Below are positions 31,640 through 41,450 of a DNA stretch of 64,000 bases, one piece after another (the first letter of the stretch is position 1; each line of letters starts with the position of its first letter). The stretch is from an uncultured delta proteobacterium. GTDB taxonomy: Bacteria > Myxococcota_A > Polyangia > Fen-1088. The notes below the pieces were generated by a model that saw only the letters and a list, made by a program, of their open reading frames with translations, was not told where the DNA came from and made no database searches. A program made the position numbers and the translations under genes. The stretch is taken from positions 362,973-426,972 of the forward strand of contig CAVTRY010000022.1 of assembly GCA_963737265.1 (NCBI GenBank), read 5' to 3'.

Positions 31640-34482
31640 TCACCACGGTGACAGTGTCGGAACCGGCGGGCACTTTTCAACTTGAAGATATTTCTTACAG
31701 CCTTCGTCGGAGGGATGGGCTGTGACACGCTGTTGGGCAAGTGCCATCAAGTCGCGAATGTCCATGGCATAAATTTGCACCAATCCGTCCCACCCCGCTG
31801 TCGATAGTCGCCTGCTGTCCGGGCTCCAGGCCACGTCCGTAACGGCATCGCTGTGTCCGTACAACGTCAGCACTTCCTGGCCACTGGCGGCATCCCACAC
31901 GTTGGCCGTATTGTCTCCGCTTGTCGTCGCCAGACGCTTCCCGTTTGGGCTCCAGGCCACGCTCTTACCGGCATCGTTGTGTCCGTACAACGTCAGCACT
32001 TCCTGGCCACTGGCGGTAACCCACACCTTGGCTGTATGGTCCACACTGCCCGTCGCCAGGCGCTTGCCGTCCGGGCTCCAAGTCACGCCGCCACGAGAGT
32101 CGCTCTCGCCGTGCAGGGCCATCAGTTCCCGACCGCTGGCCGCATCCCACACCTTGGCCGTGCCGTCAAAACTCCCAGTGGCGACCCGCTTGCCGTCCGG
32201 GCTCCAGGCCGCACCCTGAACACCCCTGCTATGGCCGCGCAAAGTCAGCTGTTCCTTGCCACTGGTGGCATCCCACACCTTGGCCGCACCGTCCCAACTC
32301 CACGTCGCTAGCCGCTGTCCGTCTGGGCTCCAAGCTATGCCCTCAACCGGTTTGTCGTGGCCGCGCCAGGTCAGCAGTTTCCGGCCGCTCACGGCATCCC
32401 ACACGGTGTTCGTGCCGTCCCCACTCCCCATGGCCAGCCGCTTGCCGTCCGGACTCCAGGTCACGCTGTAAACACCTTTGCCATGGCCGAGCAAGGTCAG
32501 CTGTTCCTGGCCGCTGGCGGCATTCCAAATCTTGGCTGTGCCATCGTTGCTCGCCGTCGCCAGCCGCTTGCCGTCCGGGCTCCAGACCACGCCGTTAACC
32601 CAACCGTCATGGCCACGCAAGGTCAGCTGTTCCTGAGTGGCGGCATCCCACACCTTGGCCGTCTTGTCATTGCTCGCCGTTGCCAAGCCGCTTGCCGTCC
32701 GGGCTCCAAGCTACGCTCATAACAGCAGCGCCATGGCCGCGCAGGGTGAGCAGTTCCCGCCCGCTGACTGCATCCCAAAGCTTCGCCGTATTGTCAAAAC
32801 TTGCCGTGGCCAGCCGCTTGCCGTCCGGGCTCCAAACCACGCTCCAAAACTGAATCGCCATGGCCGCGCAAGGTCAACAGTTCCCGTCCACTGTCTGCAT
32901 CCCATACCTTCGCCGTCTTGTCAAAACTTGCCGTTGCCAGCCGCTTGCCGTCCGGGCTCCAAGACATGCTGTAAACAGCTTCGCCATGGCCACGCAAGGC
33001 TTGCAGTTCGTGGCCGCTGACAGCATCCCACACCTGGGCTATGCCTTCCACACTCCCCGTCGCCAGACGCTTGCCATCCGGACTCCAAGCCATGCTGCCA
33101 ACGGAATTGCCACGATCGCGCAGGACTATCCGTTCCTGTCCGCTTGCCGCGTCCCACACCCTAGCCGTACCGTCCCAGCTCCCCGTCGCCAGACGGTTAC
33201 TGTCTGGGCTCCAGGCCACGATACGAACAGCTTTGACATGGCCGCGCAAGGTCAGCAGTTCCTGCCCGCTGTCCACATCCCACACCTCTGCCTCACCGTC
33301 CGCACTCCCCGTCGCCAACTTAATGCCATCGGGACTCCAAGCCATGCTGTCGACACGACCTCCACGAACGTGTAAGGTGAGCAGTTCGCGGCCGTTGGCC
33401 GCATCCCACACTTTGGCGGTCTTGTCCCCACTCCTCGTCGCCAGACGCTTGCCATCCGGGCTCCAGGCCACGCCGTCAACACCTTTGGAATGGCCGCGTA
33501 AGGTCAACTGTTCCTGGCCGCTAGCGGCGTCCCACACCTTGGCCGTTTTGTCCGCACTCCCCGTCGCCAGCCACTTGCCGTCCGGGCTCCAGGCCACGCT
33601 GTCAACAGAATCGCCATGGCCGCGCAAGGTCAGCCTCACATGGGACGCCATGATGGCATGATGTAATTCGTCTTCGGCTTCGGGAAGAACGCTGTGACCC
33701 CACGGCCAGGTTGCGCCCACTGCATGGGCCGCTAACAAGATCGAAAGCTCGGGATCAGTGTCCTCATTTGAGATGGAGCTTGCGACCAACTGCCGAGCTC
33801 GGGCCCTAGCAGTCTGCCAGAAAGCGTAGATAGCCAGACCCACCGCAATCAGAAACGCGAGGGACACGGCTGCAATAACGATCCGTTGCAGCTTGGTCGC
33901 GGCCTGGCGGCTGGCCAGGATGTACTGCGACTGTAGCGTCGTCGGCGACGGTTCTTTTCCTGAACTCTTGGCGACCCATCGCTCCGCGTCACGGAGGTCC
34001 TTGCCCCGGAGCACGAGGCTGCTGTCTTTGCCCCCTCTTTCCCACTCCTTGGCGCGCATCAGCAGGCGAGTATGCGCCTGCGTCCAAGCCAGGTCGGTAT
34101 CCAGCGCTATGATTAGCGCCGCGAAGTTTTCGTCGAATCGAACATCGCCATCAAAGTCGATGCGCTGAAACTTGCCGAGCGTTTCGGGGATGGCGTCATC
34201 TGGAACCGCGCGATAGAAGATCGGAACCATGCGCTTGTGGGTGGCCACTGCATGATCGATCTCTTTCCTGCAGTTGGCGGAAGCTACCGATTCCGGACTG
34301 ATGATGAACAGGAAATTGTCGGCAGCTTCGATGTTGGCGAAGATTTCTTGCTGCCACTCTGCCGTTAGCGGAATGTCTTTCCAATCGACCCAGGCCTCGC
34401 GCTCCTGCGCTGCAAGAGCTTCGCCCAGCTTGCTCACGAAGTCTTTATCTTTCCGAGAGTACGAGATGAATACCTGTGCCAT
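31640..34482 (-). CDS. TIR domain + TM helix + ~15 WD40 repeats (frameshifts ~32850, ~32690)
   Basis: VFISYSRKD...WVDW..I...[25 protein letters not shown] (TIR_2 with catalytic Glu); [24 protein letters not shown]; repeated [23 protein letters not shown]. Confidence 0.92.
31770..33640 (-). repeat. ~126-bp tandem coding repeats (WD40 array)
   Basis: Recurring + strand words such as CGCTTGCCGTCCGGGCTCCA and GCATCCCACACCTTGGC at ~126-bp period. Confidence 0.9.
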
Positions 34483-34954
34483 GAAAGCCTGTTCTCAGAA
34501 GAGGGATCGATGGACGTACCACCTAGTCCCGCTTCTTGAGCTAACCAACCCATTACGAATAGTGGAATCCGAGTCGAGCGTGATTTTTGGACGTTTATCT
34601 TACCACCCTACATCGCAGGCATATAGGGTTGTTCCGCAATCGCAGGGATGGCCGAAGATGATTTCGGACGCACGGTCGGCTTGCCCTGTCATAGTCGGAT
34701 CGTCGGCACTACCACTCAGCGCCATCGCCGGATAGTAATCAATCTGAGCGTGCGACTTGCATCCTTTTATATAGACATCGTCCTGTTTAGCGATCTTCTT
34801 TCTGCTCTACCCACTCTCAACCCTCGTATTGCCAACAAAACAAGACCCTTAGCGTACTCGCTGCCTCCGCGTGAGTCGAGGTGTGCGCCATTGGTCCCGC
34901 CTTCCCTTCAACACAACACGACTTGGGCGAAACCGCCCGGAAAGGATCACTGCA

Positions 34955-35332
34955 ATGTTTGGACAAATGATGGTTGAACCCGTTGTGCAGCTCGACCCCG
35001 GCTTCGATTTGCAGACAGCGATAGCCACACTGATAAAGGTTGCCGAAAACGTCGAGATCGTTCGTTGGATCGAGTTGCCGGCGTCGGTCCTGCTGTTCTT
35101 GCTTGTGCCAGGAGACCCGGATTCTGGGGCGGTCTATGTCCTGGATCGCAAGAAAGGAACCTGGTACGCCGTGGACTTCGATGACGAACGATTCGGCGGC
35201 TATAGCGTAAGCCAGCTCGAAATACTCCTGAAGGACTGTAACTTCCTCGATCTTGTTGAGCGGCCAGGACTTTGGCGCGCAGGGTTGCAGTGGATGGTAT
35301 TGCCCGGAATGCGGCCTGAGACCGCCGTTTGA
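34955..35332 (+). CDS. hypothetical protein
   Basis: AAAGGA RBS; 125 aa with DPDSGAVYVLDRK.G.WY.VDF motif. Confidence 0.65.
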   Translation: MFGQMMVEPVVQLDPGFDLQTAIATLIKVAENVEIVRWIELPASVLLFLLVPGDPDSGAVYVLDRKKGTWYAVDFDDERFGGYSVSQLEILLKDCNFLDLVERPGLWRAGLQWMVLPGMRPETAV

Positions 35333-35443
35333 CAGAAAAAATATTCCGGGTTATCTAACGACACCCACATCCGAAAGCCGGATGGGGAAATGGCGAACAC
35401 GAGCCCCGAATTCGCGAATTTGTCAGAAGGAGGTGACGGGTTA

Positions 35444-36418
35444 ATGGAACCGACAATCACGGCAACCCGGCAGGTCGTCGAGGATTACCAAAGGCTGTTC
35501 GTGAACCGCCGAGCCTACACGATGCAGTCCATGCGGCCGCACCCGGAAACAGGGCGGCATTACTACTTTCGGCCAAGCAAGAAAGGGACAGACATCCCCC
35601 AGATGCTGACCGAGGGAACCATCCGACAACACCTGGAAGGCAAAATCACGGTCGGCCTGTATGCCATCAACCCGTCAACCCAGCGCTGTAAATGGGTCGC
35701 CATCGACGCTGACTACAAGAACTCCATGGAGGACTTGCTCAAGCTCCAGTACCACTTGACACAGGACAAGGTGGAACCAGCGCTGGAAATGAGCAAGCGA
35801 GGAGGGCATCTTTGGATCTTCCTGGCAACGCCCCTGCTGGCCAAGGAGTGCCGAATCTACATCCATGATCTTGCCCTGAGGTTGGGGGTGCCGGTGAAAG
35901 CGTCGGGCTTGGCGGAAGGCATCGAGGTGTTTCCGAAGCACGACGCCATCGGCGCCGGAGAGTTTGGCAACGCCATTCGCGGTCCCCTGGGAATTCACCG
36001 TGGTGCTAACCGCCGATTTTGGTTCTACGGCGCCGATTACACGCTGGAGGACCAGATCGCATACCTCAAACGTCTGCGAAAGGTCACCGAGGAAGAACTG
36101 CGGAGGTTCATCGCTGGGAAGGAAAGGCCGGAGCCGGATTTCTCGCCGCGTCCAGGAAGGGTCACTTCAACGCTACGAAAAACTGGGAACGGACGATCAG
36201 AATTCCGCATTTTGGCACACGTGGGTACCGTGCGGAAAGTCGGCCGGAATTACGTCGCGCGATGCCCATCCTGCGCGGACTGTGGCCACGACCGGAGCGG
36301 CGACAACCTGGCCATCCTGATCGAAGATCCGCGCTTTTACAAATGCTGGGCTGGATGCACCAAGGAGATGATTCGGGCCGCCCTCGGCTGCCCGATTCGT
36401 GTGCGGCATTCCGCCTGA
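35444..36418 (+). CDS. archaeo-eukaryotic primase (TOTE-type AEP) with C-terminal Zn-binding domain
   Basis: HLEGKITVGLY, WVAIDAD (DxD), LEMSKRGGHLWIF (SxH motif), EVFPK, GNAIRGPLG; C-terminal CPSC...D..L.I...KCWAGC. Confidence 0.8.
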   Translation: MEPTITATRQVVEDYQRLFVNRRAYTMQSMRPHPETGRHYYFRPSKKGTDIPQMLTEGTIRQHLEGKITVGLYAINPSTQRCKWVAIDADYKNSMEDLLKLQYHLTQDKVEPALEMSKRGGHLWIFLATPLLAKECRIYIHDLALRLGVPVKASGLAEGIEVFPKHDAIGAGEFGNAIRGPLGIHRGANRRFWFYGADYTLEDQIAYLKRLRKVTEEELRRFIAGKERPEPDFSPRPGRVTSTLRKTGNGRSEFRILAHVGTVRKVGRNYVARCPSCADCGHDRSGDNLAILIEDPRFYKCWAGCTKEMIRAALGCPIRVRHSA

Positions 36419-36439
36419 GACAAGGAGAGGGTTGTTGTC

Positions 36440-37081
36440 ATGAAGCAGAAGCGATTGCCAGATGTAATGGGCCTGAGGCTAACGCGACAGGCGCTGCGGG
36501 TACTGAAGGAACGCGGAATCTTCGCCCATTCGCCAGTAAGCCTGGAACACCAGCACCTTGCGAAACGCTATGTGGTGCGCGGGTTGGAGTCGGGCGGTGC
36601 GGTCGGAGACCTTGGGCGATACGTCACGTTCACCACGGAAGATGGCCGGCCAGTCGGGTGGCTGCATCCGGTGGAGGCCATCGGAGTAAATGGCTTGCAT
36701 GCAGTTGTGGTGGCCCCCGTCCTGGTGCGAGTTGAGATGCTGCGGAAGGGACAGACATACGAACTGCTGATCACCCAGCATCGACCAGGTCTGACCAACG
36801 ATGGAAAGAGACCGCCACTAGAAACAAGACTCCTGTTTCGTGGCATTCATGGTCGCTTGGATCTGGATTTGTCAGGGAAGGACAAGGAGAAGGCTGGCGC
36901 GGTTCTGCCGGCGTTCTATTCGCGCGCCGGGGAGGAAGTCGGGATACCGAAGCGGTTTCGCCAATCGGTGCGCGCGATAACCGCGGCGGTTCATTGCTAC
37001 GGCTGTTTCCATTGCCACTATGTCAGGCCGCCGCAGAAGGAAGAGGAACAGGTTTACGCCGCAGAACGTGTCACAGCCTGA
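36440..37081 (+). CDS. hypothetical protein with C-terminal CxxCxHxH
   Basis: AGGAGAGG RBS; 213 aa; terminal HCYGCFHCHY. Confidence 0.65.
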   Translation: MKQKRLPDVMGLRLTRQALRVLKERGIFAHSPVSLEHQHLAKRYVVRGLESGGAVGDLGRYVTFTTEDGRPVGWLHPVEAIGVNGLHAVVVAPVLVRVEMLRKGQTYELLITQHRPGLTNDGKRPPLETRLLFRGIHGRLDLDLSGKDKEKAGAVLPAFYSRAGEEVGIPKRFRQSVRAITAAVHCYGCFHCHYVRPPQKEEEQVYAAERVTA

Positions 37082-37109
37082 CATGGCCGAAGGTAAGGAG
37101 TGAATTGCG

Positions 37110-37355
37110 ATGCATAGCAAGGTCAAGAACTACTCTCTGGTTTTTTGTCTGTTTGTGTTTCTGTTCGTAATCATCGGAGGCGGCCTGCACATGAACCCGG
37201 GCGGTGCGCTGCTCGCCGCACTGAGCGGCACTCCATTGGTGATTTATGCCTTTAATCGCAAGCCCAGTGGGGATTGCCGGCCAGAGCATGGTCCACCCCA
37301 GCTTGCGGGAAATGAGGTTCGATATGGCAGCGACAAATCGGACAACCCCGATTGA
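37110..37355 (+). CDS. small membrane protein
   Basis: TAAGGAG RBS; two hydrophobic segments. Confidence 0.5.
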   Translation: MHSKVKNYSLVFCLFVFLFVIIGGGLHMNPGGALLAALSGTPLVIYAFNRKPSGDCRPEHGPPQLAGNEVRYGSDKSDNPD

Positions 37356-37959
37356 CGAAAGTGAAGTCGCGGTGAACGAGAGCACAGGTTCAGAGCGTTC
37401 CGAACCCACACGCGCGTTTCGGCGGCACTTGCCGGACGAGCGGCGGGCACTCACCCATCACTTTTCGATCGCCGGGCAGGAGGGATATCTCACGGTCGGA
37501 GTCTACGAAGACGGGCTGCCAGGCGAGATCTTCATCACCATGGCGAAGCAGGGCTCGACCATCTCGGGGCTCATGGATTCGTTTGCAACTGCGGTATCGC
37601 TGGCTCTGCAACATGGGGTGCCCCTCGACATTTTGTGCAGCAAATTCACGCATGTGCGCTTTGAGCCCAGCGGTTGGTCCGGAAATCCCAAGATCGGTTA
37701 CGCGAAGTCGATTGTCGACTACGTGTTCCGGTGGCTCGAACGGAAATTCATCACCGGTGACCAGGGCGAATTGTTTCGAGCCCTTCCGACGCCCATTCAG
37801 CCAGCGACGGAGCCCAACGGTACGGATCCGGTTGGAGCACTTGGAGAACTTATCCAGATGGGAGATGCGCCCGCCTGCAACATCTGCGGTTCGCTGACGG
37901 TGCGGAGCGGAACCTGCTACCGCTGTATGACCTGCGGCAGTACAAGCGGGTGCTCGTAG
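37324..37959 (+). CDS. stand-alone C-terminal (TSCPD/Zn-ribbon) domain of class II ribonucleotide reductase
   Basis: RRHLPDER..THHFSIAGQEGYLTVG.YEDG.PGEIFI.MAK.GSTISGLMD, FEPSG, DAPACNICG...CYRCMTCGSTSGCS. Confidence 0.85.
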   Translation: MAATNRTTPIDESEVAVNESTGSERSEPTRAFRRHLPDERRALTHHFSIAGQEGYLTVGVYEDGLPGEIFITMAKQGSTISGLMDSFATAVSLALQHGVPLDILCSKFTHVRFEPSGWSGNPKIGYAKSIVDYVFRWLERKFITGDQGELFRALPTPIQPATEPNGTDPVGALGELIQMGDAPACNICGSLTVRSGTCYRCMTCGSTSGCS

Positions 37960-37995
37960 CGGGTAGGCAAGAGAGAGAGAAAGGAGCAATAAAAG

Positions 37996-38400
37996 ATGCA
38001 GAAAGTAATGTTGATCGGGAATCTCGGCCGTGATCCTGATGTGAAATACAGCCAAGAAGGAGCGGCCATATCGCAGTTTTCCGTCGCCACGACGGAACGA
38101 TGGAAGGACAAAGACGGCATACCGCAGGAACATACGGAATGGTTTGCCGTGAAAGCCTTCAATCGCCTGGCAGAGATCGCCGGCGAACACCTTCACAAAG
38201 GCGCCCGCGTCTATCTCGAAGGCAGGAAGCGCACAGAGTCATGGGACGACAAGCAGACGGGGGGCAAGCACTACAGGGATCTCGTCTACGTCGACAGGAT
38301 CGAATTCCTGGATTCGAAGGGCAGTGGGAACGGTCATCGGAATCCCGCCGACAGCACCGACTACGAGCCAACGTTGACAGACCAACAGATGCCGTTCTGA
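37996..38400 (+). CDS. ssb: single-stranded DNA-binding protein
   Basis: KVMLIGNLGRDP, FSVATTE.W, TEWF, KGARVYLEG, C-terminal MPF tail. Confidence 0.95.
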   Translation: MQKVMLIGNLGRDPDVKYSQEGAAISQFSVATTERWKDKDGIPQEHTEWFAVKAFNRLAEIAGEHLHKGARVYLEGRKRTESWDDKQTGGKHYRDLVYVDRIEFLDSKGSGNGHRNPADSTDYEPTLTDQQMPF

Positions 38401-38646
38401 CGAACGATGTCGATTCCTACGTCTCGCTATTCTTCTACGTGTGCTAAACACGGATGTCATCAAGAGACATTCGAGGCAGATCGCATCGTGTGAAGCGGAT
38501 ACATTCGTGAACACTGGCCCACTTGTCGGTGTCTGTCAGACAATCTTCAGAATTCAGAGGGATAGAATCGTACATGCTGGTCGGGTAATGATGCAGTTTT
38601 GACTTGTTTGTGTCCAGAACGACGGCGCCGCGGGAATTTGAAGGAC

Positions 38647-39858
38647 TCACTCGGTCGGCGTGCGCTCGTCGCCCGATTTAGAGACGCGACTGTCTTCAGC
38701 AGCATCGAGGTCTCGCATCGTCTCGGCCCAGATGAGGAGCGTCCGGTCCGGCATAATGATGGACATTACTCGCTCTGTTCGGAAGATGATTGGTTGCTCA
38801 GACGCAGTGAACCTAAGGGACGTGAGTTGCCCGCGTTGGAAAGCGCTTATCAGTTCCTCTGTGATTCCCCAGAAGAATACTCCTCCATCCTGCGGTCGCT
38901 CGATTTTCGTCAACCAACTCGGCCAAACAATGTTCTCGAAGAACGTGCCAATATAAAGCGTTCCGTTCCATCTGAACCCGCTTCGCCCCCGGCGCATCGC
39001 GGCATTGGATAAGGCTGTATCACCGCTCACCAAGTAGCGCGAGAAATCCTGGTCTGAGGATTCAGATAAGGCTTTCAGGCGCTCACCGAAAGCCCTGATT
39101 AGTCCACCCTGAGCGATAAAGATGGGCACATAATGCATTAGTAGGTTGCGATACCGCGAGTTGGACATGTGACGATTCGGCTCTCCCTCTGGATCTAGGA
39201 TGATGATGTCCTCTCGGCCGCTGTTACTCGTTCGCGGAAAGAAAATCACACCTATAGCCTGAGAGAAATTAGGATTGTCAAACTTCGCATACACCTGCTG
39301 GATAGCTGTTTCCGTGTTCGTTCGATTAATCCGTCCTCGAGCCTCGACTCGAAACTCGTTTTCGTCTTCGTCCGTCGCGGAAAGATCAAAGGATTGGAGA
39401 CCTTCGGTTGCCGCCCAATACGGGTACGCTACTTCGTATAAGCGGATGCCGATCTCGAGTGCGACACTCATGGCAAGTACTTCAGATCGAATCGCCGTCA
39501 TTCGGGAGTTAGGCTGGTCCGCTACCACGAGCACCCGGCGACTGGGCCGTGTTTTATGGGGCACGGATACCATGTTCCATCCCCTGAGAAGATTCCACGC
39601 CGCCCTCATGCGGGCATCTTCCAGTCCATAACCCTCATCCTGCACTGATCCGGCGAAATGCAGATTTGCACTCGCGACCAACTGGGCTATCGAGAGCGTT
39701 AATCCGTTCTCTTGCAACGCGATGAGACGGGTGTTGATGACCGGATCAGTTGTAGTACAGCGTGAGCGATCCACCCTTATGCGGAAATGAACCAATTCAC
39801 TGCTTGGAGACTGTACGACCGGACCAACAGAGCTCGGGAAGCTAGGGGTAGATGTCAT
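38647..39858 (-). CDS. hypothetical protein, putative PD-(D/E)XK nuclease (cargo)
   Basis: SEVLAM...SFD-x13-EARG...LDPEG; antisense to backbone, more AT-rich. Confidence 0.55.
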   Translation of the reverse strand: MTSTPSFPSSVGPVVQSPSSELVHFRIRVDRSRCTTTDPVINTRLIALQENGLTLSIAQLVASANLHFAGSVQDEGYGLEDARMRAAWNLLRGWNMVSVPHKTRPSRRVLVVADQPNSRMTAIRSEVLAMSVALEIGIRLYEVAYPYWAATEGLQSFDLSATDEDENEFRVEARGRINRTNTETAIQQVYAKFDNPNFSQAIGVIFFPRTSNSGREDIIILDPEGEPNRHMSNSRYRNLLMHYVPIFIAQGGLIRAFGERLKALSESSDQDFSRYLVSGDTALSNAAMRRGRSGFRWNGTLYIGTFFENIVWPSWLTKIERPQDGGVFFWGITEELISAFQRGQLTSLRFTASEQPIIFRTERVMSIIMPDRTLLIWAETMRDLDAAEDSRVSKSGDERTPTE

Positions 39859-40275
39859 GAACTAACGTACCTATGCTAATCATAACTTTAGAGGATAACG
39901 AGCCAAAACAGTCAACCCGAGGACCAGAATGCGCCAGCAATCTTAGTCGACTCCGAGTTTCACGCTCCGTACGTCGTCCAAACTCGGGTCATTTGATGGA
40001 AGATCGCCCTCTCATCGGTAATCCGGCTTTTCTTTCAGCCACGGGTTTTGCCCGTCGATCCCACTAACTCATTCCGTGGACATTGAGAAATCCGGCTCGG
40101 GCTGGTGGCGGCGACCGCGATAACCAGCCACAGCAAAAGCCATTCGCTTCCGTTCTACTTCGGCCAGTGGCGACCCGTTGTATCCACCCAAACCCAGCCA
40201 ACAGCCGACTCGCAGTTCCTCTAATCACAACGGAGTTCAACAAATCCTCAGGCACCTGAAGGAGGGTGCTTCGTC

Positions 40276-41328
40276 ATGCCAACTAACGACCCAACAACAT
40301 CTCCCTCGGGGCTGGATGTGACCGAGCTCCTTTCGGAGCTCGAAGTCCCGTTTTCACCCGACCAAGTCCGGTGGCGGGTCACCAACACAACCAACGACAA
40401 GAAACGCGGTCAGATCGTGTCGTATGCCGATTCCCGCGCCTACACCGACCGGCTGAACTCGCTGTTCACGCCGCAGGGCTGGACCCGCGAGTACAAGGTC
40501 GAGACGATGACTAATATCACGCGCGTGAAGAAGGGCGAGAGCATCGTCTCGGGCAAGGTGCTGGTCACCTGCACGGTCACGATCCTTGGCATTGGCTCGC
40601 ATTCAGGCACCGGCGAAGAATGGGCCGACGATGACAACGGAATGACGTCAGCCGACGCGCAGGCATTCAAGCGGGCATGCTCTTGCCTTGGGCTTGGCCG
40701 CTACTTCTACGACATACCGCCAATCTGGGTCGATCTCGACCAGAACCGCCAGCCTGTCAGAACACCGGTGTTATCGGCTTGGGCGCTGCCGGAGAACTGG
40801 CGCAAGGGGATGCGGCCGCCGGGCAAGAATCGGAACGGAAATGCCAACGCACCGAACCATGGCATTGGTTCGAACGGGGGCAGCAACGGCAACCATGGCC
40901 AGGCTACGAAAAGCCAAACTCGGCCAACCGATGGCGGCGGGAACGGTCATGCCCAAACCGCAAAGTCTAACGGGTCGGCGGCGGCTGGCTCCGGCGACGA
41001 TCTGGACGCGCGCATTCTGGGATTGGAGAAGGCCGTCGGTACGGCGCTATTCAGAGGCATTCTGCGGGAGTACGGGCGCGCCAACCAGCCTAAGCTAATC
41101 CGCGACGCAGCCATCAAAGGGAAGGTCCTTCAGATGCTGGAGTCCGCAACGCGCGGCCTGGACCGTTTGGAAGCTGTTACCCAACGGCTCGACCCGAACA
41201 CGGTGAAGGGGCTGCTCGATAAGCTGCAAGTCCCGCCGCTGAACGAGATCGCGGACATCAAAACCCTGCAAAACGTTGTCTTCGGCCTCGAAGAACTCGC
41301 TGGTTCCGACCAGCACCACGCAGCCTAA
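40276..41328 (+). CDS. Rad52/Rad22-family single-strand annealing protein
   Basis: LEVPF...WRV, YADSRAYTDRLN, GW, SADAQAFKRACSCLGLGRYFYD; Asn/Gly-rich linker. Confidence 0.88.
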   Translation: MPTNDPTTSPSGLDVTELLSELEVPFSPDQVRWRVTNTTNDKKRGQIVSYADSRAYTDRLNSLFTPQGWTREYKVETMTNITRVKKGESIVSGKVLVTCTVTILGIGSHSGTGEEWADDDNGMTSADAQAFKRACSCLGLGRYFYDIPPIWVDLDQNRQPVRTPVLSAWALPENWRKGMRPPGKNRNGNANAPNHGIGSNGGSNGNHGQATKSQTRPTDGGGNGHAQTAKSNGSAAAGSGDDLDARILGLEKAVGTALFRGILREYGRANQPKLIRDAAIKGKVLQMLESATRGLDRLEAVTQRLDPNTVKGLLDKLQVPPLNEIADIKTLQNVVFGLEELAGSDQHHAA

Positions 41329-41450
41329 TCACCACCACCGCCACCACGAATGCGAGGGCACAGGGATACGTGTGCCCTTCGCTCGTTGAACACAGCCAGA
41401 AATGGCGTCCATACCAAAAAACTCCACCACAAACATGCGGAGGCGGAAAC

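Noticed and set aside
31770-33640. Periodic DNA repeats resembling a CRISPR array or DGR template
   Set aside because: Period is 126 bp (42 codons) and fully explained by WD40 coding; no cas genes or reverse transcriptase present.
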